Origin: an uncultured virus (IMG/VR IMGVR_UViG_3300033148_006032)
Lineage: Duplodnaviria > Heunggongvirae > Uroviricota > Caudoviricetes
Direction: 5' to 3' (one strand)
IMG/VR virus record: IMGVR_UViG_3300033148_006032
Length of the DNA: 64,000 nt
This document shows, piece after piece, positions 53,674 through 63,570 of this stretch. The notes under the pieces were generated by a model. It did not search any database and had not been told where the DNA came from. It saw only the letters and a list, made by a program, of their open reading frames with translations. The number at the start of each line of letters is the position of its first letter. Within the stretch, counting starts at the first letter, position 1. The position numbers and the translations under genes are program-made.

Positions 53674-54792
53674 TTATTCTGCGTCTATGCAATCCTCCCA
53701 TTTGTCACAAGCGTCACACTCGTCATATTCCTCGCAATCTGTGCCAAACTTATATCCATGAGGACATTGGTTCTTTTCTACTTTTTTCTTTGATGAAGTG
53801 GATTTAGGCTTCACAGTGGATTTTGTTTTTGTAGTTTTGGAACGCCCCGGTGCGTCTTCATCTTCATCATCATCTTCATCATCATCTACTTTTGGACGTG
53901 CCCTTTTGACCTTTGGCTTCCTATCATCTTCATCCTCGTCTTCATCATCATCTTCATCATCATCATCTACTTTTGGACGTGCCCTTTTGACCTTTGGCTT
54001 CCTATCATCTTCATCCTCGTCTTCATCATCATCAATTTCATCTTGATTGAGTTCTCCAAAAAACAGGGTTTCAATAACTTTATAGGTAGGTACAATTAAG
54101 ATATCATCTAATGTTGGAATTTCATCCAAGATGCCCTCTTCGTACACATCTTCTCGGTCCATAAAGTCTATCCTGGACGTTTCCGCAAATTTATTGGTCC
54201 CTAACTGATTTTCAGTGAAGCGAATCTTGAGGGTGTATCCATCTTCCAAATCTGGAAATGTTTCGTATTCCTCATTTTCCTGGATTTCTTCATTTAATTT
54301 TTCCTGGAATAAAAACTGACTGATATCCCAGATATGCGGTGTTTCTGAATAATCTTTGCTCCCTTTTGGAATCACCACATACAGATTTCGCATGGAAGGT
54401 TTCAATGCTTTTACAGCATCGTCATCCCACATTGCCCCATCTTTTAGTAACTGCTTTCGATATTCACAGATCGGACATTTTTGCTTAATGCTTGATAGAC
54501 AAACCACTGAGTCCTTATTAGCTCCTATATTTCGATGTAGCCAATACGGTAATTTATACCAAAGTTCCCCAGGAACAGCTATTGCATATTCGTCATCTCT
54601 ATCCGGGTGATTTTTGCTGGACACGATATATGGCATGATATCAATAGACACCCTCGATTTTGGTTCCTCCTTATAAATTTTCAATCCTTTCGGGAGATTG
54701 AGATGCCCATATTGGGCTCCACGAGTTTGTTTTGCCGCATTTCTGCCAACAGCGCCTTTAAATCTTTTCCTACTTTTCTTTGCCTTTGCCAT
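53674..54792 (-). CDS. single-stranded DNA-binding protein (T4 gp32-like) with acidic tail
   Basis: H...VVC...CPICE zinc motif, DLEDGYTL, long D/E tail with internal tandem duplication (about 53860-54035), Cys-rich end. Confidence 0.75.
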   Translation of the reverse strand: MAKAKKSRKRFKGAVGRNAAKQTRGAQYGHLNLPKGLKIYKEEPKSRVSIDIMPYIVSSKNHPDRDDEYAIAVPGELWYKLPYWLHRNIGANKDSVVCLSSIKQKCPICEYRKQLLKDGAMWDDDAVKALKPSMRNLYVVIPKGSKDYSETPHIWDISQFLFQEKLNEEIQENEEYETFPDLEDGYTLKIRFTENQLGTNKFAETSRIDFMDREDVYEEGILDEIPTLDDILIVPTYKVIETLFFGELNQDEIDDDEDEDEDDRKPKVKRARPKVDDDDEDDDEDEDEDDRKPKVKRARPKVDDDEDDDEDEDAPGRSKTTKTKSTVKPKSTSSKKKVEKNQCPHGYKFGTDCEEYDECDACDKWEDCIDAE

Positions 54793-54943
54793 TACGTATT
54801 ACTCCTTTCTCTTGCACATTTGTGAAAAATAATCTTAGCCCTAATAACTTGCCAATTTGCCAGCTTATTGAAAGCGGGATAGTGATTAGAATTAGAATTA
54901 CACTTACTATCAATATTGCAATGATATCTAATCCTTCTTTCAT
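54770..54943 (-). CDS. small membrane protein, 57 aa (absent from ORF track)
   Basis: MKEGLDIIAILIVSVILILITIPLSISWQIG...; ATGA overlap with the upstream gene. Confidence 0.55.
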   Translation of the reverse strand: MKEGLDIIAILIVSVILILITIPLSISWQIGKLLGLRLFFTNVQEKGVIRNGKGKEK

Positions 54944-55473
54944 GGCTTTTCCTCCTCTGTAAGTGGGCTTGGGGCACGTCTACGCTGGATTTTTACTTTT
55001 GCATTTTCCTGCTTTCTTTTGCTTTCCTGTAACCATTCTTGCGATAGATTTCTAGGTGTTTGAGGCCCTGCAAAATAAGATGTTGATAACAATCTAACCA
55101 AGTTTTCCAATGTCGTTTTCTTTTGGTCAAACGCACGAACAACAGCAATCGCCACATCATACTCATACTTAGCCTTTATATACGTTTGTACCATTTCCTG
55201 ATATACCTTTTGTAGGATAATAGTACTCTGAATGGCACCTTCTGTGACCTTAGCAAGTCCATACATTTCTGGAACTTTCCTGATGTCCATTTCCGTCTTT
55301 GCCTTGCACACATCTAATTGCTCCTTGATTTCATCCAATTTTTTCTTCATGTTGGCAGCATGCACAGTATATTTTTGCATTAATTCTGCTTGTTTTAACC
55401 ATTCTATATCAAGCGCGTTTGGATCTATTCGTACATCTATTTCATAGTTCAAATCCTCTTTTCTAATTTTCAT
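54940..55473 (-). CDS. UvsY-like recombination mediator
   Basis: IDPNALDIEWLKQ, KVTEGAI, helical; near SSB and RecA. Confidence 0.55.
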   Translation of the reverse strand: MKIRKEDLNYEIDVRIDPNALDIEWLKQAELMQKYTVHAANMKKKLDEIKEQLDVCKAKTEMDIRKVPEMYGLAKVTEGAIQSTIILQKVYQEMVQTYIKAKYEYDVAIAVVRAFDQKKTTLENLVRLLSTSYFAGPQTPRNLSQEWLQESKRKQENAKVKIQRRRAPSPLTEEEKP

Positions 55474-55498
55474 GATTACACCTCCTTTCCTATTATAT

Positions 55499-55531
55499 TA
55501 TATTATACAAAATAGCCTAATTATATTTAGG
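55499..55531 (-). promoter_or_regulatory. putative phage middle promoter, twin of 511-543
   Basis: CCTAAAT-AT-AATTAG-GCTATT-TTGTATAATATA. Confidence 0.6.
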
Positions 55532-55540
55532 CTAAACTGT

Positions 55541-56491
55541 TTAATCATTTTCACCAAACAATGCGCCATAGCAGGCCAATACCAAACCTGCAAAGTCTGA
55601 ATTGAAAAAAGGCTCCACAAATTCTTCCATAATCCCTGCTATTCCAGGTTTTCCACTATTCAAAAGAACCGCTTGACAATAGCCAAGAACCGCTCTCCTT
55701 ATACCTTCTACATCTTCATCCTTTAACCCCTTCAATATATTTGAAACTTTTTTCCAAGATTCTCCATTCACTAATGCTCTGCATAATTCAATCGTTTTTG
55801 ATTGTGTTTCCGCAATTTTTTTAGCCATATCCAACCTTTTTTCCTCTCCTACGGATAATACTTGAGAAAGGATTTGAAGGGCGTTTCGAGGATGACCAAG
55901 GCTGTCTTGTGTAATTTGTTCATATACTTCCTTTGCTATAGAATTTCCTTCAGCCTTAACCACGCGTCGTAATAATATTTTCATTTTTCGGTCTGTCAAT
56001 GGATTAACTTGGAATTGGGCGCATCTACCACGGATAGTTGGTAGAAGTTTCTGCGGGTCTGTCGTGCAAAGAATATAATATATCCCTTTAGGAGTGTCCT
56101 CCAGAGCTTTTAGCAAAGCACTCTGTGCATCCTTTGTAAGTTTATGGCATTCGTCCATTATCCAAACCCGGCATGAACTTTCCAAAGGTCTATATTTACT
56201 TTGCTTTCTAATTTCTCGAATTGTGTCTATCCCACGGAAGTCCGCAGAATCAATCTCAATCAGATCATTTCCTTTCACACCAAGCATATGTGCAATAATT
56301 CTCCCTAATGTTGTTTTCCCGCATCCGGTAGGGCCGTGCAGTAATATACTTCGTGGAGTAGGTTGATCACCATTCAATTGGGTTTTCAACACTTCCAGCA
56401 CATCTTCATTTCCAACTATTTCTTCAAGGGTATTTGGTCTGTACTTTAAATACAATACTTTTTTTTCTTCACTACTTTTCATTCTTTCCAT
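55541..56491 (-). CDS. dnaX: clamp loader, DNA Pol III gamma/tau-like
   Basis: LYLKYRP, GPTGCGKTT, IMDECH, ALLKALED, TIRGRC. Confidence 0.85.
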   Translation of the reverse strand: MERMKSSEEKKVLYLKYRPNTLEEIVGNEDVLEVLKTQLNGDQPTPRSILLHGPTGCGKTTLGRIIAHMLGVKGNDLIEIDSADFRGIDTIREIRKQSKYRPLESSCRVWIMDECHKLTKDAQSALLKALEDTPKGIYYILCTTDPQKLLPTIRGRCAQFQVNPLTDRKMKILLRRVVKAEGNSIAKEVYEQITQDSLGHPRNALQILSQVLSVGEEKRLDMAKKIAETQSKTIELCRALVNGESWKKVSNILKGLKDEDVEGIRRAVLGYCQAVLLNSGKPGIAGIMEEFVEPFFNSDFAGLVLACYGALFGEND

Positions 56492-56622
56492 TCTTTTTAC
56501 GCTCCTTGTGTATATTATAGTATTGATACTTTACTAACCCACGAAATTTCATGTTGTTTCCTTGTCTATGTGTATTTACGCCTTTTCAAGAGTAAATTGA
56601 TTGTGGGCGATTTTAGGGCGTT

Positions 56623-58011
56623 TTACGCCTTGGCAGTTTCGATCCAAGGTTTATCCACACCGTACCTTGTAACTTCGATTTCCAAAGGCACATTAATCCA
56701 TTTCCAAATTTTTGGCAATTCCTCTCTGACTATTCTATGCGCTGTATTTTCAATATGCTCACGTTCATCTGGATGGACATCCATAACAATAGAATCATGT
56801 ACCTGTCCAATCAATTTTGAATCCCACTTTTCCTTTCGCATAATTTCATCCAATAAAGTAAAAGTCAAGAGGAGGCAATGGAATGCTGTCCCTTGTATGG
56901 GGTAATTGGTAAGTTCATTTTTTCGCATCATTCCGGAACAGGTAAATCCTGTCAACATCTTCATATACCCCAGTTTTTGGTATTGCCGTATCCATGTTTT
57001 TTTCCAGGCGTTGTATATCTTGAAGCGATTGTTCCAAAAATCGTCCTCTACCAGTCTCATATGCTCAATAAATCTGTCAAATGACCGTATTTTTTGTTCC
57101 CGGAAATGATCTGATATATGACTTCCATCCGGTAATTCAATCCCCATGCCCTCCCGCCAAATGCGCTGAGGAAGTTCTACCCATTCTGCAATTCCTTTGG
57201 CATTATTTCCGTAATAATCACCATAGAATTGGGGAAATACAAATCCATTTTTTGCAGCTTGTCTCATTCTCCCATGAGCAGGGATACGCTTGTCCAAGGT
57301 ATCAAACATAAAAATTTGTTTCGCCATATCCAAATGCATGTCAGATTTTTTATCTCGGACATAATTCAACATCACTGGATCCTTATGATAACAGCAACTG
57401 ACCATAACTTCAATGGAAGAAAAATCCGCTTCTATCAGCATATGTCCTGGACGTGGCAGTAATGCACGGCGGCAAATTTGCATGGCCTCTTTATCCCGTT
57501 TTGGAATGTTTTGGAAATTCGGATCCGAACTGCTTGAGCGAAAAGTCCGCACCGTATGCAGCTTAAAAAAGGGGTGAATGTATCCATTTATCTCTGCTCG
57601 CATAAAGGAACCTAAATAGGTTTCTTTTATTTTAGATAACTTGCGAATTTGTAGGATTGCATTCAGCTCTGGCATATCTATTTGCTTTAATGCATCTTCA
57701 TCGGTGGCACCCATTCCTCCTTTGTCCGTCATTTTTGGAGGTTCTATTTTCAGTATCTTATAGAGTATTTTCGCCAATTGATGATTGCTATGGATATTTG
57801 TCTTGTTCCCGTAGATATGTCTCCATTGGCGGTAGAGTTTTGAATCCTCTAATTTTTTTTGCAGGTATTTCATTTTCCTTTCCAAGTGTTTTTTCTTCTG
57901 TTCACAATACGCCACATCAATTCTGATACCCTGTCGTTCCGCCCGCGCGAGTGCTAAAATACCATTATGTATTAATTGATAGGCCTCTGCTGTGGTTGCT
58001 GTGTTTTTCAT
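56623..58011 (-). CDS. polA: family A DNA polymerase, polymerase domain only
   Basis: SSSDPNFQNIP, motif A ADFSSIE, motif B RQAAKNGFVFPQFYG, NYPIQG, motif C QVHDS. Confidence 0.9.
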   Translation of the reverse strand: MKNTATTAEAYQLIHNGILALARAERQGIRIDVAYCEQKKKHLERKMKYLQKKLEDSKLYRQWRHIYGNKTNIHSNHQLAKILYKILKIEPPKMTDKGGMGATDEDALKQIDMPELNAILQIRKLSKIKETYLGSFMRAEINGYIHPFFKLHTVRTFRSSSSDPNFQNIPKRDKEAMQICRRALLPRPGHMLIEADFSSIEVMVSCCYHKDPVMLNYVRDKKSDMHLDMAKQIFMFDTLDKRIPAHGRMRQAAKNGFVFPQFYGDYYGNNAKGIAEWVELPQRIWREGMGIELPDGSHISDHFREQKIRSFDRFIEHMRLVEDDFWNNRFKIYNAWKKTWIRQYQKLGYMKMLTGFTCSGMMRKNELTNYPIQGTAFHCLLLTFTLLDEIMRKEKWDSKLIGQVHDSIVMDVHPDEREHIENTAHRIVREELPKIWKWINVPLEIEVTRYGVDKPWIETAKA

Positions 58012-58012
58012 A

Positions 58013-58477
58013 TTATGCCTCCTCCATTATTTTCAATCTACCACGAATATGCATTAAAATTTTACCTAAATAATTCTTCCCTTTTCCATTGCAAACTCCC
58101 CAGAAGGCATCTCCCCATGTATTTCCCTCAATCAATTGTTCTTTTCCTGTACTCAATAATTGTTGTTTCAATTCTGATTGAATAAATTTAAGATGGCAAA
58201 GTTTATATATAATATGAACTTTACTACCTTCCCAGTCCGTTCGTAATGGAATTTTCCTTCCATACGCTTTGGCTTCTCTTGCCGTTTTAAGAACTGAAAT
58301 GGTCCTGCGTTTTCCAATATCCAATGTTTTTGCCGCCTGAAAGGCGTGTTCTGTAGATGGGTATATGATTCCTTCATAATTGATATGGCATGGAAAGAAA
58401 TTACTCAGGAAAAAGTATTTTCCATTAAATGCATTTATCATACAAGATTCCCTCCTTTTCATAATGGTAATTTCCAA
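58013..58477 (-). CDS. NADAR (YbiA-like) family protein
   Basis: FLSNF, YPSTEHAFQAAK, LLSTG...LIEGNTWGDAFWG...G.NYLGKILM. Confidence 0.9.
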   Translation of the reverse strand: MEITIMKRRESCMINAFNGKYFFLSNFFPCHINYEGIIYPSTEHAFQAAKTLDIGKRRTISVLKTAREAKAYGRKIPLRTDWEGSKVHIIYKLCHLKFIQSELKQQLLSTGKEQLIEGNTWGDAFWGVCNGKGKNYLGKILMHIRGRLKIMEEA

Positions 58478-58700
58478 TCAATTGCTTCCTCACCTTTCCT
58501 TGAATCAGCAAAATAAGGATCTCCCAAATGGAAATATTTATCTATTATCTTCTCATACTGTTCTTTCAATTTTTCGTCAGTCCTTGGATATGGCACAACA
58601 AACAATATCCATAATCCTATGCATGATTTTCTCATGCGGAATGAATATTTTCCCCGGTTTCATTATTTTTTCTTTCATTCTTCCTCCTCCTTTTCTTAAC

Positions 58701-59579
58701 TCACAATAATTTTGGTTGTACTTGTGTTATATTTTTTAGATTCTTCACTGCCTGTTTGTAATAACTATATTTAAGTTCTATCCCTAGTCCCTTCCTCCCC
58801 ATTTTCACGGCTTGATAAATCTCAGAACCAATACCTATGAATGGAGAAAAGATAATATCTCCTGGATTACTCCATAGGCCTATTGCTCTTTCAATTACAT
58901 CCAATTGTAATGGAGCAATATGTTTTTCATCTTGCTCCTCCCGGGCAGAGCCTTTTTGCAATGTTTTTGATTGATTTATATCCCCCCAAATTGTTTCTGC
59001 CCATTTTTGCCATAGAGCAACTGGAAAATCTTTTTTATTATGCACAATAGGATTTTTATTTTCCCCAGGTTTTCTCATGATTACTAAATAATCTGGATTC
59101 GCCACTCTGGACATTGCAGAATCTTTGCATAGTTGTTTATGTAACAGGCCAAGTGCTTTTGTTCTTGTTACCTCAATCACCGGACATTTTCTAATGGTAA
59201 CACGCGTATGATAAATAAATCCGCACCTTTCAAATAATTTAATCAATCTGCCTGGTAAATCTTTATATCCAATAACACCATCCTTTTGCTTTAACATCGG
59301 CTGATCCCAACAGTGTACTGCCATTAATCTACCTGGTTTTAGAATTCTATATAAATCCTTTGCCAGAAATGAAAAATGACGGAAAAACTCATCATCACTT
59401 CTTGAATTTCCTAAATCTCGTTCAGAATTGCTATACACGTATAGCGTAGAAAATGGAGGCGAATACACGTGTAATCCTATAGATTCATCTGGGATTTCTT
59501 TAATTATTTCACAGGAGTCCCCCAGGTATATTGTATAATCATCTGTTATTACTTGATCTTTAACATTCATCTTTTTCAC
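58701..59579 (-). CDS. N4C/N6A DNA methyltransferase
   Basis: YSPPF catalytic motif; SPFIGIGSE SAM-binding motif. Confidence 0.85.
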   Translation of the reverse strand: MKKMNVKDQVITDDYTIYLGDSCEIIKEIPDESIGLHVYSPPFSTLYVYSNSERDLGNSRSDDEFFRHFSFLAKDLYRILKPGRLMAVHCWDQPMLKQKDGVIGYKDLPGRLIKLFERCGFIYHTRVTIRKCPVIEVTRTKALGLLHKQLCKDSAMSRVANPDYLVIMRKPGENKNPIVHNKKDFPVALWQKWAETIWGDINQSKTLQKGSAREEQDEKHIAPLQLDVIERAIGLWSNPGDIIFSPFIGIGSEIYQAVKMGRKGLGIELKYSYYKQAVKNLKNITQVQPKLL

Positions 59580-60945
59580 TCCTTAGCCATTTTGGTAAAA
59601 TCATTTTTTTATTTGCCAAATATGTGTCTATCTGTCGTCCAGTTGCATTAATATTTTGTCGGGTTAATTCTTTTGTGTATTCCACCATTTTTTTCATCAT
59701 CTGCTCTGCATCCTTTTCTTTCCGTTCTAAATTTGCTTTGACTGCCCCTTCCAATTCACTAGTGATAATATGTATATTCGTTGGATTTGTTTGTCCAAAT
59801 CTCCAACACCGTCTAATTGCCTGATAATACTGTTCAAATGAATGAGATATTCCCACAAAGACCATATTGTGGCAGATTTGAAAATTCATTCCAAATCCAC
59901 AAATACTGGGCTTGCTGATAAGCACACGAATTTTTCCATTTGCAAAATCCAGCATAGCCTTTTCCTTATGTCCATCTGAATCGCTCCCTTTGACTTCGAC
60001 CGCATTAGGGATGGATTTCTTCAACAATTCGGATTCTGCATTCAAGGTACACCATATCAAAAATGTTTCATTTGTGGTGTTGACTAATTCTGCGCATTTG
60101 GAAACCCGTTCATGTATGGTTGCCCTTTTAACGTCTCTCTGTTCTTGTAATGTCTTCGCTTCCATGACAAAAAATCTTCCTTTTGTGAAGGTATCCGTCT
60201 TAATTATATGTTGGTGTACTTTTAATTCTGGTAATTCAAACTTTCTGTCCTCATATCCTAAATCAGAAGGTTTGGAAACCACGGCACCCCAACCAGCTAT
60301 CCATTCCCAGAATTTATCTTGGGCGTGTTTTTTTACCCTCCATTTAGAAGTATCTCCCCCGTCATGAACAAAAAAAGTGGCAAGCATTTCACTATATTTC
60401 ATGATGCCTAAAAATTGACAATGATTCCCTAATTCCATGAAATCATTCGGAGCTGGAGTAGCTGTACATGCTAATCGATATGGTGTGTCTGCGAATATTT
60501 CAATGAGCTGGTTTCTGGTTTTTCCATTCATAGATTTTAGGATACTTGATTCATCCAAAACTATTCCTTCAAACTTTTTCGCATTGAATTTGTGCAATTT
60601 CTCATAATTGGTAATGTTTATTCCAAGAGAAACAATATCCGTTTGAGATTCACATAAATTTATATTCAACCCGATCTTTTTTGCCTCATTGATTGTTTGT
60701 TTACTCACAGCTAATGGTGCTAAAATCAAAACTGTCCCAGGAATAAATCTAGCCCATTCACATTGCATCAATGTCTTTCCCAATCCAGTACCTGCGAATA
60801 TGGCAGCTTTTCCTTTTTTTAGTGCCCAAAAAACCAAATCACGTTGAAATTCGAATAATATATTGTGTAACGCTTCTCTGGGTATATGTAATCCATAATT
60901 TTGTGGAAGGAATTGTTTCGATTTTAAAAATTCTTGATAATCCAT
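59560..60945 (-). CDS. SF2 (SNF2-like) helicase coupled to the methyltransferase
   Basis: GTGLGKT, LDESS, TATP, GFGMN, QAIRRCWRFGQ. Confidence 0.85.
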   Translation of the reverse strand: MDYQEFLKSKQFLPQNYGLHIPREALHNILFEFQRDLVFWALKKGKAAIFAGTGLGKTLMQCEWARFIPGTVLILAPLAVSKQTINEAKKIGLNINLCESQTDIVSLGINITNYEKLHKFNAKKFEGIVLDESSILKSMNGKTRNQLIEIFADTPYRLACTATPAPNDFMELGNHCQFLGIMKYSEMLATFFVHDGGDTSKWRVKKHAQDKFWEWIAGWGAVVSKPSDLGYEDRKFELPELKVHQHIIKTDTFTKGRFFVMEAKTLQEQRDVKRATIHERVSKCAELVNTTNETFLIWCTLNAESELLKKSIPNAVEVKGSDSDGHKEKAMLDFANGKIRVLISKPSICGFGMNFQICHNMVFVGISHSFEQYYQAIRRCWRFGQTNPTNIHIITSELEGAVKANLERKEKDAEQMMKKMVEYTKELTRQNINATGRQIDTYLANKKMILPKWLRSEKDEC

Positions 60946-60946
60946 A

Positions 60947-62194
60947 TTATGACGTTTCCCTCCTTTCCTTTCCCATTATCTTCATTTGTAGCAAGGCCAA
61001 TCTGAATTCAAGGAGGCTGTCTATTCCACAATACAGGAGCAGCTCCCTGAACGAATTTTTATCCTTGGTTAACTCCATAATTCTATTTGTTTCATTACTG
61101 CTTTTACTTTTCAAAAAAGGTGCCACACTATCATCATATCCTAAAACTCCGAATTGAACGTATGCTTGGAATTTTAATCCAGTAATTCCTGGAAGGTTAT
61201 TGAGAATATGGGTTGCCTGCATTGTGTCAAATGCCCAAGGGTCTGGGCTAATCCCACACATAACATTCATCCAGGTGTCCTCATATTTCATGTTAGCTGC
61301 TATCTTTCCAATCCTTGGATTTTTCAGTAATTGCCGCAGTAATCTGAGGTATTTTTGCCGTGTTGGAAAGGGAATTACATAGGCTTTATTAACTTCTGCA
61401 CAGAAAGAAATACAAACTATCTGATGTTTTTCCTTATCGTATGGCTTTAATCCTGTGGTCTCAATATCAAATGCCAATAATGGAGGAGCCTCATCATTCA
61501 AGGTTGTTAGTACTTCTTCAATATCCTCAGATATGATAATACAATCCTCTTCATTTTTGAATTTAGGGAAAGGTACCGTCACCTTCGCAAAGGCTTGTTT
61601 GAGGTCATTAGTCCAAATGACCTCGATTTCATTCGCTTCATCTTGCCTCTCCACGAAGGAAGGATGAAAAGTAGGGCAAACCCAAGCATTGTATTCTCTG
61701 TCTGGAATTGTCCATCCTCTCCATTTTAATATCCCGCCCAAATTTTTATTCCATTTATATCCTATCAAAGAAGATAGAGCAGATTCTCCCAAGAGGATAA
61801 TTACTTTTGGTTGATACCCTTGTACCACAGCTAAAATCTTTTGTCGGCAGCATGATATTTCGTATTCTGTCGGTGCCCTGTTATTCCCTCTTTCATCTAC
61901 AGGCCGGCAATTCACCGCATTAAGACTGACACAATCCTCGAAAAGGTCTATGTCTAACTGTCTGAATTTTCGTTGAAGTGCCTTGCCTATTTTCCCTTGC
62001 CAAGGAATACCCTTTTTATCCTCTTCCCACCCGGGGAACTCCCCAATTACCATAATGCACTTCTTAAATTGCCCATAAGGTTTTATCCTGGGGGATAATG
62101 CATGTTTGTATAGTTGGCAAGAAGCGCACGAAAGTACACCTTTTTCGGATTTGTATGGTAACACATTTTTTTCTACCTCAAAGAATCCTTTCAT
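60947..62194 (-). CDS. family-4 uracil-DNA glycosylase-like domain fused to 3'-5' exonuclease (N-terminal half of DNA polymerase)
   Basis: CASCQL, IGEFPG, NCRP, TFHPS; then FDIETTG, NMKYE, DTM, YCGID exonuclease motifs. Confidence 0.85.
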   Translation of the reverse strand: MKGFFEVEKNVLPYKSEKGVLSCASCQLYKHALSPRIKPYGQFKKCIMVIGEFPGWEEDKKGIPWQGKIGKALQRKFRQLDIDLFEDCVSLNAVNCRPVDERGNNRAPTEYEISCCRQKILAVVQGYQPKVIILLGESALSSLIGYKWNKNLGGILKWRGWTIPDREYNAWVCPTFHPSFVERQDEANEIEVIWTNDLKQAFAKVTVPFPKFKNEEDCIIISEDIEEVLTTLNDEAPPLLAFDIETTGLKPYDKEKHQIVCISFCAEVNKAYVIPFPTRQKYLRLLRQLLKNPRIGKIAANMKYEDTWMNVMCGISPDPWAFDTMQATHILNNLPGITGLKFQAYVQFGVLGYDDSVAPFLKSKSSNETNRIMELTKDKNSFRELLLYCGIDSLLEFRLALLQMKIMGKERRETS

Positions 62195-62284
62195 GCTTTC
62201 CTCCTTCTCCGAACCTTATATCCGCAATCGAAACACTCAGAACCATTGAAACCCCAGTAACCACATACGGGACATTTACGCATA

Positions 62285-62542
62285 CTATTCCCCTCCCTTC
62301 TTATTCGGCATGATTAAACGTGGGTGTTCATATACATGTTTTGGAATATCAATACCAGCATCTACCAATATAATAAATTCGGAAACTCCCCCGAATAAAC
62401 CGGGGAGGATTCCCTGTTTTTGAAACGCCTCCACCTCTTCCCAGATTTCGTATAAATCACATTTTGATGTTGTATATTCCTCCTTAGTATAATACTTCCC
62501 ATTAGTTTTGAAATAGGTTAATTTAACCTTTAGTCCTTTCAT
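62285..62542 (-). CDS. hypothetical protein (start corrected to 62542)
   Basis: MKGLKVKLTYFKTNGKYY; RBS GGAGGAG. Confidence 0.6.
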   Translation of the reverse strand: MKGLKVKLTYFKTNGKYYTKEEYTTSKCDLYEIWEEVEAFQKQGILPGLFGGVSEFIILVDAGIDIPKHVYEHPRLIMPNKKGGE

Positions 62543-63570
62543 TACTTCTCCTCCTCCGGCACCATTACCGCAACCATATGCTTCCAATTTTCCCCACTGA
62601 ATCCGATTTTCCCCACTCCAATTGTACAATTCCGGAGTTTTCCAAAAATACTTAACAAAAACTCAATACCGATTATAAATTTGACTGGTTTTCCTGTGTA
62701 TTTTGTTCGGGTTTTTTCCTCAAACCAACCGTATTCATTTTCAGCAATTACCTTTACTTGTCCATCCTTAATTTGTATGGTTATGATAGGAATATCCCCA
62801 TGACTTGATGCCTTCTTGGAAAATACATTTGCCCTTTCCAATATCTGCTCTATATTTTTTGGGAATTCAAATTCTACGCCCTCAAATTCTAAATGCTTAC
62901 TTGTATCTGGAAATTCATTATTCAGAATCCGGCAGGAAAATATTGTACCATCCTCCGTTTTAAAATGCAGCCAACTTTCCCCTATTGCTACTGATGTCAC
63001 AGCATATTTGACAAGCTCCTTCGCTGCGGATGCGGGGATAAGACATGCTTTTATTGGCATTGTTTTATCCAAGGTATGTAGCACGATTTGATATGAGTCA
63101 GATGCTTGAATATTTTCTTTGTCAATACTGACACATGTTAGCACAGGCCGGCTCATATCCCGAGAGCAACAGGGATAACAGAATTTCAATGCTTCTACGA
63201 AATTCTCAGGAAGTTTTTTCCATTTTTCAATCTTGCCAATTTCTACCTCAATGGGGAGTTTGACCTCCTGCTCAAACACAAGCCCGGCTTTTGACTTACC
63301 CGCTTTGATAATTACCTGATTTTCCTCCCAGGTAATATCAATTTCATCTTTTTTCACTTTGTCTAAAAATTTATAAAGGGCTTGCGCTTTAATTGCCCCT
63401 GTTACATCTAATCCTTCTACCGGATGTGAGATACTGATTTCATCATTGTACGTAACCACCTTACCCCCCATAAAGGTAAAACTAGTAGTTTGTTCTATCA
63501 TTTCCTTGTTTGCCAATCCAGGTCGTACCTTTTCCAATGCTTCTTGTAATTGCGTTTTATTAACTTTCAT
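62542..63570 (-). CDS. dnaN: sliding clamp, DNA Pol III beta-like
   Basis: 342 aa; SRPVLTCV, ASDSY, FSCRIL...FPD and terminal VMV patterns of the beta clamp. Confidence 0.8.
   Translation of the reverse strand: MKVNKTQLQEALEKVRPGLANKEMIEQTTSFTFMGGKVVTYNDEISISHPVEGLDVTGAIKAQALYKFLDKVKKDEIDITWEENQVIIKAGKSKAGLVFEQEVKLPIEVEIGKIEKWKKLPENFVEALKFCYPCCSRDMSRPVLTCVSIDKENIQASDSYQIVLHTLDKTMPIKACLIPASAAKELVKYAVTSVAIGESWLHFKTEDGTIFSCRILNNEFPDTSKHLEFEGVEFEFPKNIEQILERANVFSKKASSHGDIPIITIQIKDGQVKVIAENEYGWFEEKTRTKYTGKPVKFIIGIEFLLSIFGKLRNCTIGVGKIGFSGENWKHMVAVMVPEEEK

Noticed and set aside
58012..60946. Self-splicing intron or split intein joining the polymerase halves
   Set aside because: The gap is filled with ordinary coupled genes; no intein terminal residues or intron core seen.
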